Shown here one piece after another: positions 40,965 through 53,670 of a stretch of DNA of 64,000 nt. Position numbers and translations under genes: made by a program. Position 1 is the first letter of the stretch. Each line of letters begins with the position of its first letter. This stretch comes from Eledone cirrhosa (lineage: Eukaryota). The notes beneath the pieces are model-generated. The model was not told where the DNA came from and searched no databases. It worked only from the letters and a program-made list of their open reading frames with translations. The stretch lies in the NCBI GenBank assembly GCA_964016885.1, contig OZ024740.1, positions 354,020,001-354,084,000 on the forward strand. Reading direction: 5' to 3'.

Positions 40965-41575
40965 TAGTATAGGCACAGGGCCAGTAATTTGGGGGAGGGA
41001 AAGTCGATTAAATCGAGCCCAGTACGTTACTGGTGCTTTATTTTATCGACCCCATAAGGATGAAAGGCAAAGTTAACCTCGGCGGGATTTGAACTCAGAC
41101 CCCGCCAAGGTTAACTTTGCCTTTCATCTGCTAGTTATAATAATTGTTTCTACTTTTGGCACAAGGCAGCAATTATCCCAGTGCATTACTGGTACTTTAT
41201 TTTATCGACGCCGTAAGGATGAAAGGCAAAGTCAACCTCGGCGGGATTTGAAATCAGACCGTAAAGGGACGTTAAATAATTGTTTCTACTTCAGGCACAA
41301 GGCCAGCAATTACCCAGTGTATTACTGGTACTTTATTATATCGACCCTGTAAGGATGAAAGGCAAAGTCAACCTCGGCGGGATTTGAACTCAGATCGTAA
41401 AGGGACGTAGCTATGCCGGAAAGCATGGCGTCCGACTCTCTACCGATACTGCCAATCCACCGACGTTAAATAATTGTTTCTACTTTTTGGCACAAGGCCA
41501 GCAATTACCCAGTACATTACTGGTACTTTATTTTATCGACCCCGATAAAATAAAGTACCAGTAACGTTAAATAAT
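40965..41575 (-). mobile_element. Cluster of about 4 SINE copies
   Basis: Repeated SINE cores separated by ACGTTAAATAAT. Confidence 0.85.
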
Positions 41576-42044
41576 GAAATCTTGTTACCTACCTTTGATT
41601 TTGAATAATAGAAACTTCCAAATCCTTATCGAGTTTTACAAAGTGAATGATTAGGGTAAATTACTTTCCTGTTTCTTCAAAATTTTGGATATCATAATAA
41701 TTTCCAAAGGTTATGTAGTAAAATATAATTAAGTTTAATCGCATTGGCGTTAATAACACTTTCCTAACCGAGAATATTTACTTCACAGCTCACTGTACGC
41801 ACCTATATATAAATTAGAGAAGGAAAAAGCACCTAAGTATGACGGAGTACTGAAATGTAGGACAAATATGCGAGGGAGTGGTAAGAAAAAAGAAAAGTAT
41901 ACAGATAGATTACTCAACTGTAAAAGCTTTTATTGAATTGAAAGAGGCTACCTGGGTTGGTTATAATACTTTTATAACGTTTCTGAATTTGTTTAGCAAG
42001 ATTCTTTATCTGAAAACGTGTGTTTAAACTGATATTGTTATACT

Positions 42045-43620
42045 TTGGGAGGATCAAGAGGAGGGAGCAGCCATTGGCGTTAGCATTGCAGGTGACATAG
42101 CTAACCTATTTATGGTATGGTGGGACAAAAAACTTAAAGAACAATTAGAAGACAACAATCTCTTAACCCTGATAATGTACTCCCGCTACGTTGATGATAT
42201 AAACATCGTAGTAAAAACACCCCACTAGAGAATAGTCAGGAATTAGAGAAAAACACCATGGAAAGCATCCAGCAAATAGCTAACTCCATCCACCAGAGTA
42301 TCAAAGTTACTATAGACTACCCAAGCAAACACCCCAACCATCGATTACCTGTACTAGACACAGAGCTCTGGTTAGAAACCATTAATAACAAAAAACAAAT
42401 CCTCCATTCTCATTATGCCAAACCCATGACTTCCAAATACATGATCCACTGAAGCTCAGCTGTTTCGGATCACACCAAAATCAACATACTGATTGCGGAT
42501 TTAGTAAGGGTGATGAGGAATGTGTCTTGCATGTGCAATCCCAAAGAACTAGAGAGACACATACAACACTTCATCCACCGTATGCAGTTCTCTAGTTACA
42601 ATCAGAGAGATAAAATCAGAGTATATAGAGGAGCCAGAACCAAATGGGAAAAAATGGTAAATAATGATACAAATGGGACCTGCCCTTGTATAGGAGCAAA
42701 TTTTGGAATAGAATAGAAAGAACTACGAACAAGGTTAATGATATAAACTCATGGTATGATAACAATAAATACCAGAGTGTAATGTTCATCAATACAACCC
42801 TAGAGGTGAATTAGCTTATAAATTTTGAAGGGCCCTAGATAAACTTAAACTAAATATTAAGATAGTGGAAAGACCAGGTACCTCCATAAAAACACTTATT
42901 AGTAATACATACCCTTTTCAAAGACCTCCCTGTATAGATAAGAAATGCATAATCTGTAAACTAAGCCCCCATATTAACTGTAAAACTAGAAGCATAGTAT
43001 ATAGCATAAGATGTACTGAGGGACAATGTAAAGATAAGAATATAATGTACATAGGTGAGACAGCTCGTAGCATAGGAGAACGATTAAATGAACACTGACA
43101 AGAACTCCAAGATAGAAAAGACTCATCAGTACTCCACCAACATGCTAAAATAGAACATAAGGGCAAATTAGAGAACATTGAAATAAAAATAAAATCTACA
43201 CACAGAAAAGACGCAATGTTTAGACAAATCACAGAGGCAATAAACATAAATGAACTCCAGCCAAAATTAAATAAAAAACATGAATGGAATAGCAACATCA
43301 CAACTTACAATTAAGGACAACATGAAAACACACACACACACAAACAACTAACTAGTAACATGTAAATAAACAAATAAATAAACAAATAAAAACACACAGA
43401 CACCCGGATGTAACACATGTGCAAACTAAGCTCACAACACACAAAAACAAGATAGCGTAGGACAGAACAAAGGAGAGGCACAAAACAAAGAAAAGAATCC
43501 CCAGTCACTGAAGAGGTCACAGAATGTATGACGAAAGAACTTTGACAATATATGACCAACCATCCGGTTGTGGAACCAACCAACCAACCGGAAATTTATA
43601 ATAAATTGAAGTGAAAACAC
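42045..43620 (+). mobile_element. Penelope-like element relic (RT end, GIY-YIG, pseudo-LTR)
   Basis: EGAAIG...ANLFM, RYVDD, LPVLD, and GIY-YIG VYSIRC...YIGETAR..ER..EH. Confidence 0.85.
43504..43546 (+). ncRNA. Minimal type I hammerhead ribozyme
   Basis: GTCA-CTGAAGA-G-GTCA(loop)TGAC-GAAA-GAAC-TT-TGAC, in a Penelope 3' region. Confidence 0.65.
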
Positions 43621-43997
43621 TGGTGCGTGTGTTTCTTATTGGCAACATGACCCTCCCAAAGTATAACAATACTTATATATATATGAACCACTACCTCCTT
43701 ACGGACAACTGACACTGCACACCAGGTTCGAACACAGAAGAGCCGAACTCCTACTGCCATCACCTCCATCTCTCTCGCCCTCCCCATCGCTCTGTATTAT
43801 AAGCAAAACTCAATTCTTTCATCGCCGTCGCCAGTGCAGTTGAACCCATGACTTCGAGGCTTAGGCTCATTTCATAGCTAGACATTTCGTAACTCTAATA
43901 CAAGCCACACTCACACGTGTCCGCGAAGTTGACCGTACATCTGTCACCAACCGGCTACCATTTCCCTTCCCTACCACCCTTCCCCCTTGCCCATCTA

Positions 43998-44388
43998 CGA
44001 GGGCAATCCCAAAAGTAAGGTCTCCTTCCGATATTGCAACTTTTCCGTTAAAATCCTGTGAATGGTGCTTCGGGAAACCTCAGGAACCAAAATGCAGAGA
44101 GCATCCAGAGTGATTTGCCGATCTTTACGCATGTTTTCCTCGGAAGGGGACCTTACTTTTGGGATTGCCCTCGTATATAATAACTGCACGAAATTCGCAC
44201 TCGGCGATAGCTTTCAACGGGAGCTCCATTCTCAACGGCTGCCAAGCCAAGATTGAGCATCCCAGCGAAGCGCGCGCATGTTTGTTTGGGAGTGAAGGAA
44301 GCACCAATCACAACAGTGTTGCCAACAGCCGTACGAAGTTTCTCTGCGTCCCCATCGCTTGGAGACCTTACTTTTGGGATTACCCTTG
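43998..44388 (-). mobile_element. Mariner-derived MITE / deletion derivative
   Basis: TA-flanked TIRs CGAGGGCAATCCCAAAAGTAAGGTC at 43998 and ending 44173, a third TIR ending 44388, and an internal HTH fragment. Confidence 0.85.
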
Positions 44389-44559
44389 TAGAAGATGGTC
44401 CTCCACCGTCTCCAGTCGGATCCCTTCATCTCTCCCAATTTCGCCTCCCACACAACTCCTCTTTTAAACGCGCAAGCAAGAATTGTAACCTCCCCGTCCT
44501 TAGTTCGCTCACTCCTTGCAATTCCTTTCCTGAATCCCATCCCTGCTCCCGATAATAGT

Positions 44560-45330
44560 TTCAAATTTAAGCACAATGCTAACAATTTTAGCGGAAGGGA
44601 GGGTCGATTAATCCGACCCCAGTATTTGACTAGTGCTTTATATTATCGACCACGAGGGATGGAAAACCAAGTTGACCTCGGCAAGTTTTCAACACAGAAC
44701 GTAAAGGGCCTTAACTAAATGCCACAAAACATTTTGTCCGACACTAACAATTCTGCCACTCCGCAGCCCTGAACGATTTGTAATATTGACGCAAGGTCAG
44801 AAATTGGGATAGGAGAAAGTCAATTATATCGACCCCAGTAATTGATTGATACGTTAATTTATTGACCTCGGAATGATAAAAGGTAAAGATGACGACGGCG
44901 GGATTTGAACTCGATGTAAAGAGTAGAAACATATGCCGTAAAGTATTTTATCGAACCTTCTATTGATTCTGCCAAACCACCTTCACAGCTGTAAGTGATA
45001 TTGACGTTGCGTTCGTTAAACAATTTGTGGCAGTTATGACTGTATAGGTACGTGCCTTATTGATTAAGGAATGCGATTGTAATGTGGTGAGTTCGATTCC
45101 AGGCGATACATTTTGCCCTTGAGCAAGACACTTTATTTCCCGTTACTCCAGTTCACTCACCTGGCAAATAATTGTACCTGTGATTCAAGGGGCCAGGCAT
45201 GTCACACGCTGAACCTCCTTGAGAACTATGTCAAGAGTTATGTTTGTGAAATACACACCAGCTTGTGCATTAATTTTGCAAGCAGGTTGTTTCTTTGTTC
45301 GAAGAACTGAACATGGTGGTCGTTGGAATC
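44560..45330. mobile_element. Diverged SINE copies (two minus, one plus of a second family)
   Basis: SINE core remnants. Plus copy has B-box GAGTTCGATTCC and CCCTTGAGCAAGACACTT. Confidence 0.6.
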
Positions 45331-45699
45331 AACAGAGGTTCAACACATACTTATGACTGATATTTTGTTTAGTTCTCTCGTCCTTAACCAAGCCGTTAAT
45401 ATTGTAAAACAAAACTTTCAAAAAGGCAGGCCATTACAAAATGAGGTTGTTGGCCGCTGGTCAAGACGACATGTTAAAGAAGAAACTAATTTGCATTAAA
45501 ATTAACTAGTTTCTTTGTACAACAGCTACCTACATGACAGTACTTGTTCAGCGTGTCTGAGAACAGCAAATTCAAACAATCAATAATATCAAACACGCCA
45601 ACCTATTGTTTTCATTCTCATTGGCGACTTTTAATTCTATAAACCAACTATCAATTTTCTTTCTTAATTTAAATGAAGATCTCCAAATCTCGATTCATG

Positions 45700-46240
<541 letters not shown>

Positions 46241-47047
46241 AAGCTATGTGTATAATCATATATTCATTTGTTCTACATCTTGAAACAACTCTCTGTAAAA
46301 GTATTCAATGTTAATTAACTTATTGCTTATATGTTTCTTATGTTAAAGAATCAGCTTATCCAAATTCATCTCTGGTACTGTTTGAAATATAGGTTTTTGC
46401 ACTGAATTTTAGGTATGCAAGCGTTTCTTTTTCTTTTAATACTTTTATTGTATACTTGCGTTCGCAAACAGATTTGTAGAATACACTAAGAAAATAATTG
46501 CCTCTAATATATGATGTGTTTATATATAAGATCAGACACATACAAACTGATGTATTGTATTTATTTTTATGCTGGCCCTCCTTCCTAACAAATGTTCTGA
46601 ACATCTGATCCATCGAAGATCACAATTTATTCTCAAACACGCCTCAACCATTAAGTCACAGATATGCCATTTCTTCTCTCTACATGTATTACAACACCCT
46701 CTTCTCATCCAAACAAGATATCTTTAATCAAAGTGCCTCCAAAATACCTATATCTTCTACACTCGTCTCTTAACCACTATAGATACTCGTAACCACTCAG
46801 ATACTGCATTAAACCCTCGCTTAAATCATGTCCAGCTTCTATGATTGCCGCCCTTTGGAATTCTGTCACGAAATTAGAGTTCTAGAAATCTGCTTATATT
46901 TACTCCTGTATAATCAAAACATTCTCATTTGATTGATCTGTAACCTTATGTTCGATTTCGCTGATTTTAACTACTCAACACTTCAATTTCTTTCTTTTTT
47001 TTATTTCATTTTCTCAAAGGAAATTACAAGTAAACACAACTTACATT

Positions 47048-47360
47048 ATGAATAAAGAAGCTGTGATTGGAATATTATTTTTATTGTTATCAACTACTAA
47101 AAATGATCAAACTGTTAAAAGTAGGCAATTTCGACGGTTTTATGATGGCTATAGGTTTCAACTGCTCAGCGGTTTCTATTTGTTTTCCACGCCAGCCAAA
47201 AGTTCTTTGGACTGTGCAAAAAGCTGTGTACCATCAGAATGTAAAAATTTCGCTTATAACGCCAATGATAATATTTGTCAATTTTACGGTTCGTGGAAAA
47301 GTAATTTCACTATACAAAATTCAACTGCCAGTACAATTACATCTTATATGGAGAAAAACT
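47048..47360 (+). CDS. First coding exon of a secreted PAN/Apple-domain protein
   Basis: Acceptor near 47019, signal-like MNKEAVIGILFLLLS, pattern CAKSC...C..F.Y.....CQ.Y, phase-1 GTAAGT donor at 47361. Confidence 0.75.
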
Positions 47361-48530
47361 GTAAGTAATAGTTACAATTGTTAAATATTTTTGTTTTGTG
47401 TATGCTTGTAAATTACAAGCTCACTGATATTGTTCAGGCAGTGGCTCATAGATACGCTGTCTCTTTCATCTTCAACCATTACTACAATGGACTCGGAGCT
47501 TGCTAGCCTCATGCCACTCCCATTCAGGCAAATCCAAATCACTCATCTGTTCTCCACTCTTCACTCATATTGTGTTCAATCCCCAAACCCTATTTTAACA
47601 ACTAAAGCCAATCCTTCCTGCCCAGAACGTCTTCCTTCTAAAATTCTCATCTTGTCCATCATTTCCAAAAATAATGAACCTCAAATATTTGAAACGAAAC
47701 ATCAACCGCATTGATCTCACCGGATTTGATCGGCCTGTAAACACCATGACCCACCAATTACAAAAAAAAAGTAATAATAATAATAAACATAATTGTCTTC
47801 TTTTCAAATATTAAAATGAGATTATAAAATCTGAAAATTTGATAAGTGCATATGCTATAGTGTACTTCTGGTAAACCGTAACTGACATAGAGATTAGATT
47901 CTTGATTGGGGACATTTCACTTCACTTATTTATCGCATTTTCCATATACTACAAAAGTCTATGTTAACTTAACTTAGGACAGACGCCATGGTCAGCAATG
48001 TTATTGCAAGGCTATTTTACAACCAGGCATCCTTTACTAAGGAAATAGTGTAGTTGTTTTATCTGAAAAATAAAACAGGATGATGATGCTTAGAACAATT
48101 TTTGGCGTAGATCTGAGTTGATAGTGTATGGATCAGAGAAAGCTCCATCATCATTCGCCGCAACAATTTGATCTAGCAGGAATCTCTCGACTCATGCAAT
48201 TAAATATAGTTGGAGCTTCTAGGTAGGCAATCTTTCAAATACCAGACACGGTCGAATTCCTCGCTGATAATTGTTTTAGCCAAATTTTCAAAAAGACGAA
48301 ACTCTACTGGTGAATGATATTAGAGAGAAGGATTCCAATAATTCTGACTTTACGAAAGCTGAACTGTTGATTATTGACAATTTACTCAATTCTCCGCTTG
48401 GCCTGGTATTATATTTTATCGCTTACATTAGAATGAAAGGCAAGATTAATATCGGCAGAATTTTAACACAAGAACCGCAAAGAATTTCATTTTCTCTTCT
48501 AACGATCTGTGTGTGTGTGTGTGAAAGAGA

Positions 48531-48602
<72 letters not shown>

Positions 48603-48829
48603 TCACTCAAGATATAAATCAAAATATGTACCGATGCACCTATCAGTTTATGTAACAGAGTATAAACCCAACATTGAAAATTGTGCTATTACTTATGTAA
48701 CAGACAAAAAGACATATACATGTAAAAAATACTTTGAGGAATGTATACTGAAGCCATAAATATATTATTCATAAGACCCCAAACACTGAGAGAAAAGAAG
48801 ACAAAATGGTGAATTATCACTTATACAAG

Positions 48830-51030
48830 CCTTGTATATGGCTTCTCCACTAACGGCCGGGTCCGCCTGCCAGAGGGCCGTGAGCGCCTGGGCACACTCG
48901 GTGTGCCAGGCGCCCAGTTTTCTCGGTCTTTGCTTGACCCAGGATTGCAGCTCGGTGAGTGAGACGAGTCTGGGAAAGGCTCGCCTCACAAACGGGGCCC
49001 ACACCGGTTGGCCGGTGAGGAATATGTGGAGGTGCCGTAGCCTTAATGCGTGTTTACGCATCATTAGCCACGGCATCCCCAGCCCTCCTTTGGAAGGGTG
49101 TTGACAGCAGATGGATCTCCTCACCATAGGAGCCCGCTTCTTCCAAAGGAATTGGAAGAGTGCGCGCTCCATTTTGGCGAGCGTTTCCCTTGGGCAAGGC
49201 ACAACGGTCAGGCGGTAGTAGATGACGGACGCTATATAAGTGTTCGCCACCTCCGCCCTACCTTTCAGGGACAGTTTGCACTCGGCCCACTTCTGGGTCA
49301 GTGCAAACAACCTGTTCGTTACCTCGCCCCAGTTCTTCTCCACCTGGAGATCTGGTCCGAACCAGACCCCGAGCAACTTCACCGGGCCCTCCGTCCAGCG
49401 CCCGACGACGCCATCGGAGGGCATCGATCTGCCCCTCCACGTGCCGAGTTGCAGACCGATCGACTTGTCCCGGTTCAGCTTAGCCCCTGTAAACCTTTCG
49501 TACTCCTCCAGTAAGGTGCCAATCGCCCTGATTTCCGAGGCCGTCGACACCATTACTGTTACGTCATCAACGTAGGCCGACACCGCTTTCCGCAATCCCG
49601 GTTCCAATGGGATGCCTTGCAACAACTCCAACTTCCGCAGCAGTGGCTCTAGAGTCATTACATACAGAAGGGAGGAGAGAGGGCACCCTTGTCGGATGGA
49701 CCGCGCGATTTCGAACGGCTCCGAGAGGTAGCCGTTCACCTTGACCCTAGAGCAGATGCGGCTGTTGTGCATGGCATTGATCCAGCCCCTGAAAACGGGT
49801 CCGAAGCCTGCCGCCGCTAGCACCGCATCCAGGTAACCATGGTCGACCCTATCGAACGCTTTAGATTGATCCAAGTTTATCAGGGCCCCACCAAAGCCGG
49901 GTTCGTTCCCAACCCTCTCTATGATGTATCGCATGAGGTGGAGGTTATCGTGGATGGACCTGGACGGGATAGCACATGTCTGCGCATCTCCCACCAGGTT
50001 GCCCACGACAAGCGCCAACCTCTTTGCTAGCACCTTGGCCAAAATCTGTAACTCTGTATTTAGCAGAGTTATGGGCCTGAAATTATATATATCGTTCCCC
50101 TTGTTCTCGTCCTTCTTCACTAGCGTGACTACGCCCTTGGTCACAGTACAGGGAATTCTCCCGTTCTGTTGCCAGTTGCAGTAGACCGCCTCGAGGAGAT
50201 CGGGGAACAAGTCCGGCATAGCTAGATATAGTTCGTATGGAAGACCATCGAGACCCGGGGATTTGCGTTTGCCGCATTGGCTCAGCACGTCCTCTATCTC
50301 AGCGGCTGAAATCGGCTCCTCGCAGGACTTCGCCTCCTTGTCCGAGAGATGCGGCAGGCCGTCGAGGTATGAACCGAAGTCCACTTCCCCAACCCAGCTC
50401 CCCGCCCCTTCCGAACTATCTGGCAAAGTGCTTTTGAAAAGCCTCGCACATCTGCTTAGGCTCAAGGATCACCCGTCCATCCTGGTCTCGCAAAGACCGG
50501 ATAGTGAATCTACTCCCTCTTTTGGCTTCTGCCACGCGGGCCCAGCTAACAGCTTTGGTCCCCTCGTTTCCCAGAGCACTTATTTTTCTTCGGACGATGC
50601 AGCCTTCGTGTTTCGCGTCGAAGAACTGGCCCAATGCCGTCCTCGACGCTAGCACTCTGGCCACGTCGCAGCTTCTAATTGCCTCTTCTACACTATCTAC
50701 CAACTCCCTTTCCTTCCTATTTCTATTTGAGGCTAACTCCTTACTAAATTCTATAGAGACTACTCTAATCTCTCTTTTGAGAGATCCCCACCACCTGCTG
50801 TTGACGATGGCGCCCGTCAACCGCTCCTTAACTAAAGTGCTAATCCGGTCCCTGTAAGCCTTACTTGCCGGTAAGGACAAGTTGAGCTTCCAGTAACCGG
50901 GTCCCTGTCTATGCGTTCTGTTAAGGTTGACCATGCAGGTCACTAACTTGGGTGTGTCGATATGCCCCACACGACATATATAGTCATCAAAGGTATGATG
51001 TCGGATTTCATGGACCCGCGCCGCCACGCC
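48830..51030 (-). mobile_element. L1/Tx1-clade LINE ORF2 fragment
   Basis: GYWKLN, KSPGLDGL, FRPITLLN, LDQSKAFDRV, RQGCPLS, AYVDD, LSLKGRA, GGLG. GC-richer than its flanks. Confidence 0.92.
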
Positions 51031-51049
51031 GACTGACGTCCACGCCCCA

Positions 51050-52200
51050 TATGGCTCTAACTGGAGCCATCAGTGGGTTCTCGTGCAGATAGTGTGCACT
51101 TTCGTTGGTGTCTACATGCCATGATAGTCTCCGATTTCAGGTTGACTGCGTCATCTTTTAATCTGTATGTTGCTAATTCTTTACGCGGGGTCCTGGCCTT
51201 TTTGCGGCATTCTCCCGATTCGCTGGGTATTGTTCTGCCGGTGCGGTGGGCTCCTTTCTGTCGTTCAGTGCCACCTGGTTGTCGAGTACTGTGTTTTCCA
51301 CGGTTAGATCGGCTATCGTGGGGTCCGGGCCACAGTTGCTGGCCCTGTCTCCATGCGGTCCTGCCGGCCCCCCAGTAGCATCGGTGGCCTATAGTAGTTG
51401 GCGGTTGAATTTCCCCAATTTCACAGCATTGGTTTTGGCCATATAATCTGCCATGTTAGGTGCGGTGGAGAAAGAGAACTTCACCGTATGGCGGTTGAAT
51501 ATCCTGTGGTACCTGTTCGACGCCGGGAAGCACTCATCCAATACTCTGAAGAAGAAGCCTGGTACATTAGTGCATACATGTTTCAAATACCACGTAATAG
51601 TCCTAGACCTTGTCCTATTCCGTCATCTGTGTGTAGTAGCGTGTGTGGGGTCAGGTTGCCCTCCCGGGTTGTGCCTACCCGTTAGTTCATCCCCTATGCT
51701 ACCGCTATTCTTATATCTACCATGTGTGTCCGGATTACACCATTCGCTTACTAAAATATACTGTTCTAATGTGTCGGCACTATGGGTAATCCCATTAGTG
51801 TTATCTGGTGTTACTGTCGGGCTATGCCTGTGCTATTGATCCGGGTATTCCCTCTATCTGGTTCCACGTCCTGTGCTGCCTTTACTCTGTCACTGCCTCT
51901 AGTTCCCTCATCGCGTTTGGTGTTTGTGTTGAGATACTGTCTGCGTGTACTATGTGGTCTAGAGTCCCTGTGTGCCTTCGTCTGTCTTAGTATCAGTATG
52001 ATGTATCTGCCATAATCTATATTACTAGCCCTAGTATTAGATACGTGTTCCCGGGTGTTCTGCCTACCTATGAAAGTACTATTGCTATCCGCGTATGTGC
52101 GTTTCTTGCCGCTAGGCAAGCTAATAAGCTTGAAACTAGTACATCGTTCCTGTATCAGTGTTGAACAAAAAGGTGACGTGGTTGCCTAAACACTGTACGG
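51050..52200 (-). mobile_element. Naiad-type Penelope relic (linker and partial endonuclease)
   Basis: FF.VLD.CFP...YHRIFNR.TVK.SFSTAPN matches the 53692 ORF. Terminal CRH motif. Confidence 0.7.
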
Positions 52201-52429
52201 CGTAATTCGGGCTGTTTGTTTGTTTACAAACAAACAAACCGAACATTATAATAAATGTTCGGTAAACCGATACGTGCATATATATATGTGTGCATGTATA
52301 TATATATATACATACTACTGTACGTCTGTATACATATATATATGTACGTATACATACATACTTAAATTTAAGTAAGTGCCGTACTAAGAGTGAGAAATGA
52401 AATTTCGTTTCATTCTATTCCATTTATAT

Positions 52430-52466
52430 ATATATTATATATATATATATATATACAGTATATACA

Positions 52467-52545
<79 letters not shown>

Positions 52546-52561
52546 TATATATATATATACA

Positions 52562-52658
<97 letters not shown>

Positions 52659-52733
52659 TATATATATATATACAGTATATATATATATATATACAGTATA
52701 TATATATATATACAGTATATATATATATATACA

Positions 52734-52791
<58 letters not shown>

Positions 52792-52807
52792 TATATATAT
52801 ATATACA

Positions 52808-52853
<46 letters not shown>

Positions 52854-52980
52854 TATATATATATATATACAGTATATATATATATATATACAGTATATAT
52901 ATATATATATATATATACAGTATATATATATATATATATACAGTATATATATATATATATATATACAGTATATATATATA
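52430..52980. repeat. (TA)n microsatellite with CAG interruptions
   Basis: Directly visible. Confidence 0.95.
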
Positions 52981-53028
52981 AATCAGGAAAGAAGGTTTAC
53001 ATGGTTTGCTATACAAAAAAGTTTTTAA

Positions 53029-53148
53029 TCACAAAGCTTACATTTGTTTCACTGAACTGGTATGTCTAGAGATCGCTATCCGCCTAATTTTGCGTCACTC
53101 GATCGCCAATACAGAATTATAACCAGTCAGATCTTCGGAGCATGCGAG
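53029..53148 (-). ncRNA. Hammerhead ribozyme (inverted copy)
   Basis: Reverse complement of 55842-55960. Confidence 0.65.
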
Positions 53149-53500
53149 AATGAAGAAAATACACAGGCAAGAAAATAAAAGAAAATATGGAGTAGTTATG
53201 GCATTCAATTAGAACAATAACAACAACAATTATTACAACAATGCTATCAATAAACTATTTAAGGAGACCCTGACATTACTTAGGTGGGGGGTATATAATG
53301 TATCTAATGTTACGGCGTGAAAACCAGCTGTCATAAGGCAAAAAGTATCGTAGTGTGTATCAATTTTAAATTATAAAGATAAGCTAGTTTTTACAGTCTT
53401 TCTCTTCATCTTCAACCGTATACATGAGTGGGACCACTGTCAAAGCTCAATAGTTGTAGAGTTAATACAGAGGTTAACGAATTAATATACGCATATATCT

Positions 53501-53589
<89 letters not shown>

Positions 53590-53670
53590 TAAATATATGT
53601 AGGTTGTGTGCTATGAATAGCCCCACGATATCTGTAATTTGCGCAGAATCATTTGAACCCATTGTAATAT

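Noticed and set aside
40965-41575. CRISPR-like repeat/spacer appearance
   Set aside because: The units are SINE copies with TSDs. There are no unique spacers or cas genes, and the context is eukaryotic.
41594-41744. Possible coding exon on the minus strand with a donor at 41593
   Set aside because: Both ATG frames hit stops before the donor; at most a UTR exon.
42440-43100. In-frame TGA codons as selenocysteine in the Penelope ORF
   Set aside because: They are not at Cys positions and the element has several frameshifts, so decay explains them. The Naiad ORF at 53671 has no internal TGA.
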